The notes beneath the pieces were generated by a model. That model was not told the origin of the DNA, did no database searches, and worked only from the letters and a program-made list of their open reading frames with translations. A stretch of DNA of 64,000 nucleotides from Gordius albopunctatus. Taxonomy: Eukaryota. The translations under genes and the position numbers were made by a program. Position 1 is the stretch's first letter. Each line of letters starts with the position of its first letter. Shown here piece by piece: positions 1 to 12,936 of the stretch. The stretch lies in contig OZ193909.1 in NCBI GenBank assembly GCA_964276515.1, positions 20,150,001 to 20,214,000 of the forward strand, given 5' to 3'.

Positions 1-553
1 AAACTTTCCCAAACTCTTGCGTTCGGTAAAATATGACATCTTTACTTCAAAATAACCATCTAACTGAATGGAATCACGAGGATCATATAATTTAATTAGA
101 TTTATTAAATATTTGGGCGGTTTATACTAATAAAATTTGAACATTCTTATGTCAGGAAATATGATTACTGACAATATAGTTCAGCAGTATTTTAAATCCT
201 GACACTTAGCATTTTAACACTATACATTTAATTTTAAAACATTTTGCTTATAATTTAAACAATCTTAGAATTTGACCTTACTTTTAGACCACACAAGGTA
301 AAGTGCGGGTAAATAGAGATTTACAAATTCACCATTGTAAGCATGTAACTCAAGTTAAACTTTATTTATAAAGTAGCAATATAGGAACGACTAAAAACAA
401 TAAAGTAACATTAAATATATATAATTTCGTAAAATATATTTGTTAAAATTGAAGTATAAAAAAATATTGTATATATGTAAATATAAGCGACATAACTATA
501 AAAAGCGTTAAAAACAATTAAAATATATTAGTTAGGAAAGGTTTTTGGCTACA

Positions 554-1101
554 TCAAGCTTGAGATATGTATGGTAATGGATGTGGGAAGATAACGCGAG
601 ATAAGACGCGTCTAACTTCCTGACACCAAACTATAAACCAACAGAGTTCTGAAACGCTACGACTACCTAAATCAAATTCAAACTCCTGACCTCCATTGTA
701 TGACACGTTTGTACGGTAAATTCTAGCCACATCGTCAATCTTCTGTCCTGCTGAAAAATCTTGACCAGCCCCCCCAACTACAAAATATGCCCAGGGGGCT
801 ATACCATCGTATCGAAAATTTTTAAGAACTAGAGTTCTTTGATCACGCGCATATAAATCTCCTCCTAAATTGTGGCTTTCATTTGCTAACGAACCTAGAG
901 GTACTAAAGAATCCGATGACGTGGTACCTAAAGTTGCATGTACATAATGAATTACTATTGAATCAATTAAATTAGCTATAAATAGTGTCACAAATTTGGG
1001 CTAAAAATATATATTTAATAAAAATATATATTAGGTTTACCCTGACAAACCAACATACTAATAGAAACATAAAGGAGTGATAGAAGGATTTGACAAATCA
1101 T
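554..1101 (-). CDS. Secreted single DM13-domain protein (Skeletor-like), 2 exons (1101-1041, 927-554), ~144 aa
   Basis: ORF contains the DM13-like motif LGSLANESHNLGGDLYARDQRTLVLKNFRYDGIAPWAYFVVG...WFIVWC. The upstream exon MICQILLSLLYVSISMLVCQG looks like a signal peptide and joins in frame through a GT-AG intron. Confidence 0.8.
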
Positions 1102-2366
1102 ATTTTTAGTCAAAATAAGAGAAAGTTTCTTAATAGAGGGGAGGAGGCAAATTAGGACGAATTAAGTATAAAAGATACGTTAAAACTCTAGCTTATATAC
1201 TTATAGTTCAACAACCTAGAGTGTACCTTAATCTTTATTTTTCATTTAATTAAAATTTATAGAGTACATTCACATATTTTTAATGAGATAAATTATATAA
1301 TTACACCTAATATGAAATTTTTATTATAAATCAATGAACCCTGTAAACATTATTCACCTAAAACACGCTTATTTCGTATTAGTTAAAATTAAATTCAGGC
1401 ACATTTAAATCTCAATTAATATAGGCCATACGAATAAATTAAGCAGTATTGTCACTTATTATAAGTTTAAAAATACATTTAGTTAACCTTATATTATCTT
1501 AAATAGCTCCCATTATTATAAAACTCTAACAAATATTTAATCGGTCTACTATTAAGTTTCCATTTTTATTATGAACTGTAATCTGAACCAACAAAATTTT
1601 CTTTAACCTGTATCATAGGTCACTATATTATTACATGCCTCAACATAAAAAAATTTGTGGTCTCAAATGGGCAATTATCGCTTTTGCTTTGAAATGTTTA
1701 CAACTAATTTAATAAAAATAAAACTTTTTATATTAATCAAAATTAATCTAATTAGAGATCGACTATTCAATAAGTGTTATCTAAGTTATTTCATATTTTA
1801 GTTAGAATAACAAGATTCTCATAACCTGTATAAAATTTAGAGCTATTCAATATTTAAATAAGGATTTGTTTATCTTAAAAGATTACATTATCATCTTTGA
1901 AGTCAGAGGGGGGGCCTTTTTACCCTCATCCCCCACCACCCCTCTAAGTGGGGTAAAGGGGAAAGAAGGGGGCAAAAAGGGGGGAGGGCAACTAACCCCT
2001 CTAGATGAGTTATAGGGTAATAAGGAATAAGGGGGGAGGGGCAAAGGGAGCCTCGAAAAAGCCCGTTGCAATATCGAAGAAATCCGCGTACACCGAGATG
2101 GCAATGGCAATCAAACGGGACCATAGCTACAGGCTTATGTATAAATTGGTCAAGGACAAGGTAGAAGAAAAGTAGCGATGTCGGAATCTTTAAAATAGTC
2201 AAAATTCAGAAGGATCAAACATCATCAAGCCGAAGGAAGTGATGGAAAGGTGAAAAGCAAATTTTAAGAAACTTATGAATGTCGCAAATGACAAAGATTT
2301 CCCTCCAAATATTAAGCCAAACATAAGTATTGTCTAACTCTTTCAGGATAATAAAGTTAGGACACA

Positions 2367-2568
2367 AATAAACAAGATGCAAAAAGGAAAAGCTAATGGC
2401 CCAAATTAAATATCTATGAGAGCATTGCTCGGATGCCGTAAAGAAGGAATTAGCACTATGACAAAACAATAAACAAGATGCAAAAAGGAAAAGCTAATGG
2501 CCCAAATTAAATATCTATGAGAGCATTGCTCGGATGCCGTAAAGAAGGAATTAGCACTATGACAAAAC
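2367..2568 (+). repeat. 101-bp tandem duplication inside the RTE remnant
   Basis: 2367-2467 is repeated at 2468-2568 (aataaacaagatgcaaaaagg...gacaaaac). Confidence 0.9.
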
Positions 2569-3221
2569 TGAATAAAGCATTAGTAGAATAGCCAATTTCT
2601 TGTCAATGGAGATAAAGCACAAAGGCGACTCTCAAGGCAGTGGCAAAAAGAAAGGTATGAAGCTTACTTGCTACTCCTTGAAGCTTATGGAGAGGTGGTA
2701 AAAAGGCTGAAAACGAGTTGCAAATATCGGCTAACCGATTCGCATTTGTGGCCGGCAAACCCACAATCGACCCAATATTCCCACTAATTCAAATGATGGA
2801 TACATGCGGAGAAAAGCCAAGAGACCTACATGAGGTTTTTATAGACTTGGAGAAATGACACGGTATCTCGTGATTTAATATGGTTGTGCAGAAACAAAGT
2901 ATACCTGACGCATATGTATGGCTAAACAAAAATCTATATGAATTTTCAAACTCTCGCGTTGTAACGTCAGTTAGGAACTTTAAACCTTTTCGGACTGCAA
3001 TTGAATTACATCAAGGCTCTGCTCTATGTCCCTTTATATTTAATAAATTATGGATACGATAACTAAAAACATTGAAAAGCTATCTCCTTGGTGTGCTATA
3101 TACCGATGTTATAGTACTATACTAAAGAGACAAAGGAGAATATTCGAAGAAGCCGAAAAGTGGTCGAATCGATTAAAGATCAACAATCAAAAAACGGTAT
3201 ACAGGGAGATAAACGTTACAG

Positions 3222-3891
3222 CAGGGGTGGGCAACCTGTTTGTCCTTAAATGCGCAATACTAAATTTGGAAATCACCGAGGGCGCATATTTTACAGATAA
3301 TCAATGGGTATAAATAGGCATTAAAAAACAGATTTTTTATAACTTCATTTTGTTGGTGTCATACATGATGATACATATAATTCAGTGTGAAACTTGGGTG
3401 TCCATATTTTTATTCAGCTAATTTCTTATAATTGGGGATATATTTAGAGTTCCCGGTCCTTAAACAATTATCTAAATGTGAGTCAGTAAGCTTTGTTCTG
3501 TATTTTGATTTCAAATATTTCATATTTGAAAACAAGGACTCGCAATTATATGTTGTTGCACAATATGAATACAAAACAAACAAATACACTTCCCTTTGTA
3601 ATCAACGAAACAATATAGATGTTCCCATTCATCGTTAAAATAATATGCTTTTTTTCTTTTACATTTATCCATGAAGGGTTTTGAAAGAAAAGAATTGTTT
3701 CGGATTACGTAGTTTTAAATGCACGGTCTACCTACGCGTGGTCTATTCGAAATACGATCACACACTAACAAAAAATACGTGCGTGTTATTAGATACGCTC
3801 ATATCATACATTTACATTAGTCCAGCGAGGGCGCATTAAAAATCGATCGGGGGCGCCATGGCGCCCGCTGGCGCCGCGTTACCTACCCCTG
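3222..3891 (-). mobile_element. Non-autonomous hAT (Charlie/Buster-like) deletion derivative
   Basis: TIRs CAGGGGTGGGCAAC / GTTACCTACCCCTG; 8-bp TSD CGTTACAG (3214-3221, 3892-3899); minus strand encodes a hAT C-terminal remnant TTYNCESLFSNMKYLKSKYRTKLTDSHLDNCLR. Confidence 0.9.
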
Positions 3892-5009
3892 CGTTACAGG
3901 AACCCCATCGTTAGATGAGCATCTAAAGTATCAAAAAGTACAATACCGCGGCTCGATGCTACATAAAGAGGTAAGTTGCGCAAACAAAGTCATCGCACGG
4001 ATCAAAAAAAGATGGCTTAAATGGCAGTATATCCGGTTTAGTGTGCGACAAGAAGATGCTAATATGGTTGAAGAGCTAAGCTTACAAATCCATCGTTTGA
4101 CGGGTGTTACTATAAGCCTAACTCCTTCGTTTTTGAGGCAATGGACTGTAATGAGCCAACCTCAGTTTTTGAGTAGCACGAGTCTGTTAAAAGTCCGGTA
4201 TTGGTAATTAGTGTTAAGATAAAATTTATTATGGCATGCTGATTGCTGGGATTAATAATATTAAAGAAAGGTGTAACAAAGTTTTTCACGAGAAATTGGT
4301 TTGTTTAAATAATATCATTTTTTTAATTCGGGTTAATGCAATACCATATTTTTGTCCTGCGAGACGCATTGCTTTAATGTGGAAAGATAAACTGCACCAG
4401 GTTTATAATAATTTTTTGGTTTTTTTTACTAAAAGTTAATTTGTTAAAAATCCGTTGACAGTAATATAATATAAATACATGAAATATGATATTGAACCGA
4501 TAGGATATTCGGAATGAGCCACCCCCATAGTATTGAAGTATGTGATGATTATCGCAAAAGGTTACCTGTTGTAAGAGTATCAACACCTGTTTTTCAGAGG
4601 GCAATGGCATGTAAGATGATGTCTTTTTTATTCGAATGATATTTTAATCCCAGGTTCTACTTAAAACGAGCATGATTTACGTCTGGACATGATGTTAAAT
4701 TTAATTAAAACTAAAAACATGCTAATGTCTGCTAAAAAATATGATCTAGGCACTGACTAAGTAATTTATTTGCGTCATTCTATAACAGTTGGTAAAAAAG
4801 TTATACGCTATTAAAAACACTAATAGACCAATAGATAAAAGAAACTTTCATCTTTTTTAGTTAAATAATTATTATGACCAATTTATTAAAAATTAAATAC
4901 TTATTCTAATCATTTAAAAGAATTAATTAAGGATAGTTTTTTATTTAGATGGGATAAATGAAATTATCAATATTTCAAAATCTTAAGACATGTTTTATTA
5001 ATTTATCTA

Positions 5010-5380
5010 ACCCTTAGATGCTTTTACCGTTATACGAGCCATATTCTACAAGTTGATGCATTTAATACGGGTATGGGTGGCGCCTTATGTCAGATTGAAG
5101 ATGGAATAGAGCATCTAAATATTTTTCCCCGTTAGCATATTAAAGCTGATCTCAATTATTCGGTGTCAAAAACGAGGCTCTTGCCATGGTTTAAGGATTA
5201 AAACGTTGCTGGAAATATTTATCTGACACGGTGTTTACATTATTTACTGATCATAGGCCATTGGTAGCTCTATTTTCTAAAATTAACACATAATTTTTAA
5301 TGTCACCACGACTCCAGAGATGGTTATTATATCTTGGTAATTTCTCATCAACATTAAAATATCGTAAATGTAAAGTAAAT
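5010..5380 (+). mobile_element. Gypsy RNase H remnant
   Basis: Degenerate peptides DAFNTGMGGALCQIEDG, FTLFTDHRPLVALF, SPRLQRWLLYL. Confidence 0.65.
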
Positions 5381-6894
5381 AATTTAGGTTAGGTTTCGAC
5401 TCGTATAAATTCAGAGAAAGTAACTAATAAAATCTTTTCTCAGCTAATAATAATGTTAATATAATAAAAACTTTTGATATTAGTGATTGAAAAGCACTTA
5501 AGCATATTATTACAGGTGTTAAACCACTGATTTCCTTTATAATTTAAACATGTAATAAAGGAATAGTATGTTGAAGAATAACACTAGACAACAAATATGG
5601 TCTTGTGAAATCAACCGAGAAACAGGAACATATTTTGATAGATTATTTTGTGGTGGCCATTAATATATATTTTGTTTTTTAAATAATTGAGTTTAAAATT
5701 GCGATTAGCGAAAATGATCGTTTTTGTTCTTTTTTGGAGGTGTATACAGAGAAAACAAATTTGACGAAATTCGAAAATATATTTCTTGGTGGTAAAACAT
5801 ATATAGAAGATATTTACATGAAAAGAATTTTTTACCTAGGTTAATTAGATTTTAATTTATCTTTAAATTTCATTACTCCCTGTATTTAATATCACATAAT
5901 CGTCCCAGAATTAGAGTATCCCTCCCTTTCTTAACACATTAATTTCTATGCATATATTAGCATATAAGCTTCTACATTACTACTATACTACTACTACACT
6001 TCTTTCACTCTCATCATTTCCTATACTATTTCCAAATATCTTCACCAAAATATTTCTTCTTCGATATTTTCAATTTAGGTATCACCTATATTGTGTTTCT
6101 AAAACTCTAAAAAACACAGTTTGACTTTCCAAAAAAATTTTATGATTATAGGCTAAAAATAATTCAACTAACAAATTTTATATGATGCGTGGATGCTTTG
6201 CAAAAAGTAACGCCTGAACACGATAAGAAAGAATAGAGGATAAACTAGCAAATTTAAAATTAAAGAGATGGCTTGGATGAAATAGTAATCGACATAAACA
6301 AAAATAATAAGCCGTTATTTAGATAATATCGTAAAATTAGGATAAACAATAATAATATAATAAAACCAGCTTAAAAAATATTAATCCGGAATCTGCAATA
6401 TGCCTCATAAACTAATAATTATCGACGTATAGGATTAGTTTTGTTAAATGTTTATGGGGAATTTGCTCAAAACACTGAGGCCATAGTTAACGAAATTTTG
6501 CTAGAACCATGAAGATAATTTTTTAAATATACTGATATTTTGTTGAATTTTATATATGACATACATGATATATTTATTGTGTGAATTTGATTTGATTATA
6601 TTTTACAATATTAAATAAATTTTGTGACTTCTATATAAAATAATCTCCCCTTATTCTGAAATTAAAAATAGCGTACGTACATGCATCATTGGGATAGCTT
6701 ATATCACATAAAAACTAAAGTAATAAAAAGTAATCTCTAGATTCTTAATATTTACCTATTAAGTTTGCTGATTGTGGACGATCAATCAGGCAAAACACGG
6801 GCAAATATTCACGGTTAATGATCGGTTAGATGAAGAACATCTGGTAGTCGTGTATTTTAATGACTGTACCTGATTTTATTATAAAAAATTAATT

Positions 6895-9800
6895 ATGATT
6901 TCATCCGAATTTACTGTTTTAAGTGGTAATACGAACTCAGAATTAAGCAATCTAATTTGCAAGTAAATTTTCTGAATAAAGTGAAATTATTTAATCAGTC
7001 GTTTGGGTATTAAATTAGGAAACTCTAATGTGGTACAAATGTCAAATAAAGGTATATAAACATTATTTTTAAGGTAAATTTATTATAGAGACTGTTGTTG
7101 ATATTGGAGACTCTGTGAGAGGAAGAGATGTTTTTATTATTCAAACAATATCTAAGTAAAAATTTTCTCTCTAAAAATATAATTATTAATTTTTTTAAAT
7201 ACCTTTAGGAATGTTAATAACAGTTTAATGGAGTTGTTGATTCTTACATATGCATGTAAAACATCTTCAGCAAGGCAAATTGTTGGTGTGATTCCCTATT
7301 TGCCTTATTGTAAACAAAGTAAGATGAGAAAACGTGGGTGTATAGTATCAAAACTTTTGGCACAGATGCTTTGCAAAGCAGGTTTATCTTCTTATATTAT
7401 TGTACAAAAATGATCAAATTAACTCTTAGGTATGACACATGCTATTACTATAGATCTGCACCAGAAAGAAATTCAGGGATTTTTTGACATTCCAATCGAC
7501 AATCTTAGGGCATCACCATTTTTAATTCATTATATTCAAACATCTGTAGGTTATATTGAAATTTGATATTAATCTAAGACCTGACTTTAATTTATTTTAT
7601 AAAAATCTGAACATGATGTTAAAATTGAAATCAGCATATATCAATAAAATTTATATTAAACACTCTATTAAGATTCTTGATTGATGTTTTATTATACTGT
7701 TAGGAAAGTTTCCTTTTTGTGAAATACTAATATCACTAAGTTTGTTTTCATTTTTAATCACTGAATGTTATAACTTTTAGATTTCAACCCTAAATTATCA
7801 TGAAAATATTGCTTATTTAATATCATGGCCATCATTAAATTGACTCAAGCGTTTTAAAATTGAATTCTAATAAATATACTTGATCATATTCTAGCATTTA
7901 TTAAAGACTTTCAAAAGTTTTATGCATTCTGTCTGGGATCATATTGCAGGCTTAAGATTCTTAACTCTGCTTATTTTAGATACCGGATTATAGGAACGCG
8001 GTCATAGTAGCTAAAAACCCAGCCTCAGCTAAACGTGCTCAAAGTTATGCTGAAAGGTTGAGACTCGGTTTAGCAGTTATCCATGGGGAACAAAAGGAAG
8101 CTGAGGAAGACGAAATAGATGGACGACAATCGCCTCCCACCATACCTAGAGCTTCTGACTCTGCAGCCGCTACCTCGAGGACTCAAGCGACTTCAGCTGA
8201 TGGCACGATCGGGAATGTTGATCGAAAGGTAGCGGTGGGTGCGGAAAATGGTGTCGCATCCGAAAGTATAAACCCTCGTGCCTTAGCTTCCCGCCTTTCC
8301 AACCTCCAAAATGGGGGAAAAGAATTGGGTATGCTTCTAAAGCTTATACGGGGGGGGGGATATATTATTAAATTAGGTTATTGCATTCTTGCGTAAATAA
8401 CAGAGGTGTATACAAGAACATTCAACCTTAAACAGTAAAATACTTTTATAGGCCTTTAGTGGTGTAAGGGCAGATTGTTTTATCGAGAGCGTGAGGTAAT
8501 GCAAGAGTAGTAGTACTGTAGTGTAGCAGCTACTATCGTGCACAACACTATAAAGTGCACCCTTATAAATCGATGGAATAGGGAAGGGAGCGAGGTCGAA
8601 AGTCTGGGACAATTTTACGATTAAAATATTGGGGGGGGGGGGTGAAATTTTAATATATATCAAAAACTAATCATCATAGAACAAACTTAGTTTTTTTATG
8701 TCTTTTTCCTTTATATTTCTTTATCATTTAAAGCTATTTTTTTTTGTTTTTGGCGATTTGTATGCACCGCTAAAAAGAGGCAAAAACACATGTTTTTTCG
8801 CAACTTTAAACTTAATTATTTCAAAAACGTGACGTATAGGAGATACACGATAAACATGTTAGGGTTCGCAAAAAAAACTCAACAAAAGTATGTTAACCTT
8901 TTTTCGTTGACTAAACAAGATCATTATTTATTGACTAGTGTAATTTGCTTGCCTCAGAAAATCTAATTACTATAAGATATATAGCATAGAATTTTTAACT
9001 GAACTCTCCGTTAGTCAGGGTAAAAAATATTAACTAGGATTGACGTCAGCAGATACAAGTAACTTGTTTGTTGAAATGATCAACATTTTTAATTTGTAAA
9101 ATTTATACTTTTTTCTTTACTTTTTAAGGAATCTGTATTATATTTTGTTATATATATGTTACAGGTCAAAACGAGAGTAAAGTTTCTATAAAAGGTGAAG
9201 CTCAAACGTATGATTCCAGTAGCCATAATGTCGAAAATGTTGTGTCCTCAGTTGTTGGTTCACCTATAGCCAAGACAGAATCAGCTGTTGATTCGATTAA
9301 ATCCGACAATCACGGCGTAATAGTTCCGGGTGAAACTTCATTGATAGATCGTATGGAAATTTCGAAATCTGACCTTTTCGGCTCCTTTCACTACCTTCCT
9401 AGTATATTCACTTCTCGTCTTAAGCAGACGATAATTATGATGCCATTTTTTATCTGTATTTTTATTTATTAAAAGATTGTTTATTGATATATTTAATTTA
9501 TCATAATACAATTAATGATATGATAGGTAAGTAGACAGGTTTACTCTTTGATTTAGCTTTAACAGAATTTTTCATGTGCTTTTTTATATATCGCAAAATA
9601 TACAACTATTTTTAATAGTTTTGATGAATTTTTTAATTTATTTAGAAAACCTCTTGACTCAAAATAACTATAATATATTTTGATATATTCTTAAAATGTT
9701 TTGCCTGTATTAGTTTTGACGCAAAAGGAGAAACCGCCTTTAAACGTGGTAGGGGATGTTGGAGGAAGAATAGCCATTATGGTGGTAAACTAGTATAAAT

Positions 9801-10548
9801 AAATAAATGATTTTAAAAGTAATATCCAAATTGCAATTTATAATTTATTTGCCTAATTTATTATTGACCGGCCTTTTGTTGCGCGTGCAGGACGATATAA
9901 TAGACGAGCCGGATGTATTTATAAGCGCGGCGGAATTGTTGAAGGAGAGGGGAGCTTACAAAATATACTTGATGGCAACACACGGCATATTTTCCGGAGA
10001 TTCTCCTACGCTACTACAAGAATCACCGATCGATTTAGTAATTGCAAAAAGCATTCAAATTTATAAATATCACACATCAAATTTATTATTATAAGAGCTA
10101 GTAGATTTTATAAGATTTAATGTTTCATATGGGCAAAAACAGTGGAAATGATATTTGTGTAGGTATGACAGTTAAAACACATTTTACTTCTTAAAAGTTA
10201 GTATTATGAGTTTGAGAATATTAAAGTTTAATAGTTATAATTAAAATCTTTTTTTTTTTATATTCAGTCAAAACATAACCTTTAGTTTGACAAAAGTTTG
10301 GGCTGATTACACATTATATATTAGATTTTTAAGGCAGCTTAATTATGATTTTCCCAACTTAAAACTGTGTTTGTAATGTTTATGTTAAGATCGTAGTGAC
10401 AAATACTGTACCGCACGAAATCCAGAAAATGCAATGTACCAAAATAGAGACGATCGATATCAGTATGCTATTGTCGGAAGCAATCAGGAGGATACATTAT
10501 CAAGAATCTATGTCGCATCTGTTTCGCAATATATCTACAACCGATTGA
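6895..10548 (+). CDS. PRPSAP2: Phosphoribosyl pyrophosphate synthetase-associated protein (PRPSAP1/2-like), 10 exons: 6895-6962, 6999-7051, 7089-7155, 7209-7381, 7430-7545, 7980-8328, 9165-9401, 9714-9784, 9891-10037, 10390-10548
   Basis: The spliced frame is open and has PRPSAP hallmarks: [60 protein letters not shown]...[47 protein letters not shown]. All introns are GT-AG. PRPSAP1 versus PRPSAP2 cannot be resolved by eye. Confidence 0.92.
8400..8942 (-). repeat. Intronic copy of an old dispersed non-autonomous DNA element; related diverged copies at ~5580-6100 and ~11881-12400
   Basis: Shared CACTAG(T/A)C-like terminus (ttgactagtgta at 8931-8942, acactagacaac at 5581, cactagtctac at 11882) and a shared (CTA)n-rich internal segment. 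Confidence 0.4.
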
Positions 10549-12883
10549 GCCCTCCTGCCTCCCCTGACCCCTCATACTTTATAAATATATAATTATTTGG
10601 ATTTATATACTTCGCAATATTTTATCGTGTGAATCTTTGCTTCGTCAAATTTTGTATCTCAATTACTATCGCGTATCGCCGTTTTATAAGGCGATTATCT
10701 GATAGTTTTATTACATGGTATTGCGCCATATCAATTTAACTTTTTGAGTGAGATGGATCAGGGACTTTAGCTGACCATTTGTGCTCTCAATATCTTTGTC
10801 TTGGACTTTAACTATATGTTTGGATTTGGTGACATCCTGAAAATATATAGTTTAGATTCGGTAAATTAGTAGTACCATAGTGTGTGTTTTTATATACATT
10901 TACAATCCTAAATTTTGAAGTTATTTTTTTATTGAATTTGCCATCCTAATGCATCCACCTTAATTGAACTAAGGTAATTTGAGTTTTTAAATTGGAACAC
11001 TTATACTTTCATTCAAATTCAACGTCAAGAAGAAGCGTTTTATTAAACTTTAAACATGGGCGTTAAAAAAATAATTAATTTAAAAAAAGGCATAAACGTG
11101 ATAGGTTAGAATGATATAAAATAAAATTATTAAAAAACAATATGAAATAACTCACACTTTTTAGCAAACATATTGTTATAATAGTTTGTATTTTTAAATG
11201 AATTAGTAAAAAAAAGTCCAACTTAACTAAAAGACACCCTAAAGAGGTCTAGGCTACCAATAAGCTTATAAAGTGTCAAAATATGACATTCTTTTCAGTG
11301 GCGTGGCTAGGGGACGCCCAAGCCCCCCCCCCCTAAGAAAAAATTCTAGGCCCCCTCTACCGAGAAAATTCTAGGTCTCGTCCTGAAAAACCGAGATGAG
11401 AACTCGAAATCGAGACGAGAATTTTGATGGATGTTATTTAAGTGTACAGTAAGAAATTGAAAAATTTTGATGGATATTATTTAAGTGCACAGAAAGAAAT
11501 TCAAAAATGCACACTAAAATATGCTCAGTAATTCAATTATAAATGCACAGTTAATTAACAATAAATTGCTTATAATATAATTGCCTGGTAATTTAGTGAA
11601 ATTACTCCATCATTATATAGCATCTCTTAGTAATTTTATAACATTTCTCAGTAAAAAATTGCTTATTTCGTTACAAAGTGTTCAGTAAATTTGATATGCT
11701 TAATAAAAAAATACTCATTTTATAATATAATAAATAATAATTAAATTCTCGTTGATTTCATCTTTTATATATTACATTAGAAAATTTGAGTTTGTGAATA
11801 AATTTGAACGAACGTCAAAAAACAAATATAATACAGAATATAGATGACGCTAAATTAAAAACAAACATTCAAGTATAATTTCACTAGTCTACAAAAAAGA
11901 TCAACTGGAAAACGGGTAACAGATTCTGGTAGAGTTTTTTGTGGGGATCACGAATATGTTTTTCTTTTTGTTATATACGAGAAGTTTTTGAAATAATTGG
12001 TCTCAGAGTTGTGAAAAAGGTCGTTTTTGACCCTTTTTCATGATGAATACTGCGAAGATGAATCGAGAAAGTTAAAGTTCTAAACGATATTACAATTTGA
12101 TTTTAAAAACTTAAAAAATATTTTTTAATCTACCTGCAATAGTTTTAATTTTATGACGAAAATTCAATTAGCCCCTTGTTAAATTCCCCTCCCTTATATG
12201 CATACATAACACTATACCGCATGTGCGTAGTGTGAAAGAGCTAAATAGTAGGTCACTACTCTTACTACTACTACTACGCCTCTCTCCATCGATCAAACTT
12301 TCCTCCCTCATCATACCAGCAATCTCAACACCTCCTCCCGCTTACTCCTTCTACTCTTAACTAGATTTGATGCCATATAGAGGCTTTTATTAAGAGATGT
12401 CTAAATTTTTCATTATACCCCTCGCAAAATTTAAATGAACCGTGGGCTTAGGCAGGGAGGCCCCCCCCCCTAAATAATTTTTTTTAATTTTTCGATATAA
12501 AATTAGAAAAAAAATTGTGTTTTGCCCCCACTTAAATGCTATATATTTGTTGGGTAACGTTACAATAAAAAAATATGGCTGAAAAACATTCAAGAGGAAA
12601 CAATGGAATATTTGAGGGTAGTGAAAAAATCTTTCGTCTAAGCTTAATTCTTACTATGCATGGGGTAACCATGAAAAAAATGGGTGGAGTGAAGCAGGCT
12701 GGGATTAAGTTGATATAAATTTCAGGGTCCAATAGCGTAATTGCTAAACCTTTAGTTAACGCTGAAAAAAAAATCATTTTGCCCCCCTTACACATAAAAC
12801 TAAAAGGTCGCCAGCAAAAAACCCTATAGTTATAAATTAATCAAAAAATTTATATTTTATTTTAAAATTAGGGGGGTGCAAAT

Positions 12884-12936
12884 GAAACACTACCAACGAC
12901 GGTCCCAAGTCCGTGTGAAAAAAGTGGAGGGTTGGC
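12884..12936 (+). ncRNA. Twister ribozyme (P1 type) core at the 5' end of the RTE element
   Basis: AACACT ACC AAC G ACGG TCCC AAGT CCGT ... AGTG GAGGG TTGG matches the twister architecture as recalled for the rice twister (UAACACUGCCAAUGCCGGUCCCAAGCCCGGAUAAAAGUGGAGGG). P2 = CACT/AGTG, P4 = ACGG/CCGT (compensatory), pseudoknot pairs AC/GT (compensatory) and CCC/GGG. Confidence 0.8.

Larger units (their letters stand above)
2130..4115 (+). mobile_element. Degenerate RTE-type LINE fragment (RT region), interrupted by a hAT element
   Basis: Broken peptides colinear with the RTE ORF at 13137-15964 (KMQKGKANGP, VFIDLEK, LHQGSALCPFIF, IARIKKRWLKW); many stops and frameshifts. Confidence 0.8.
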
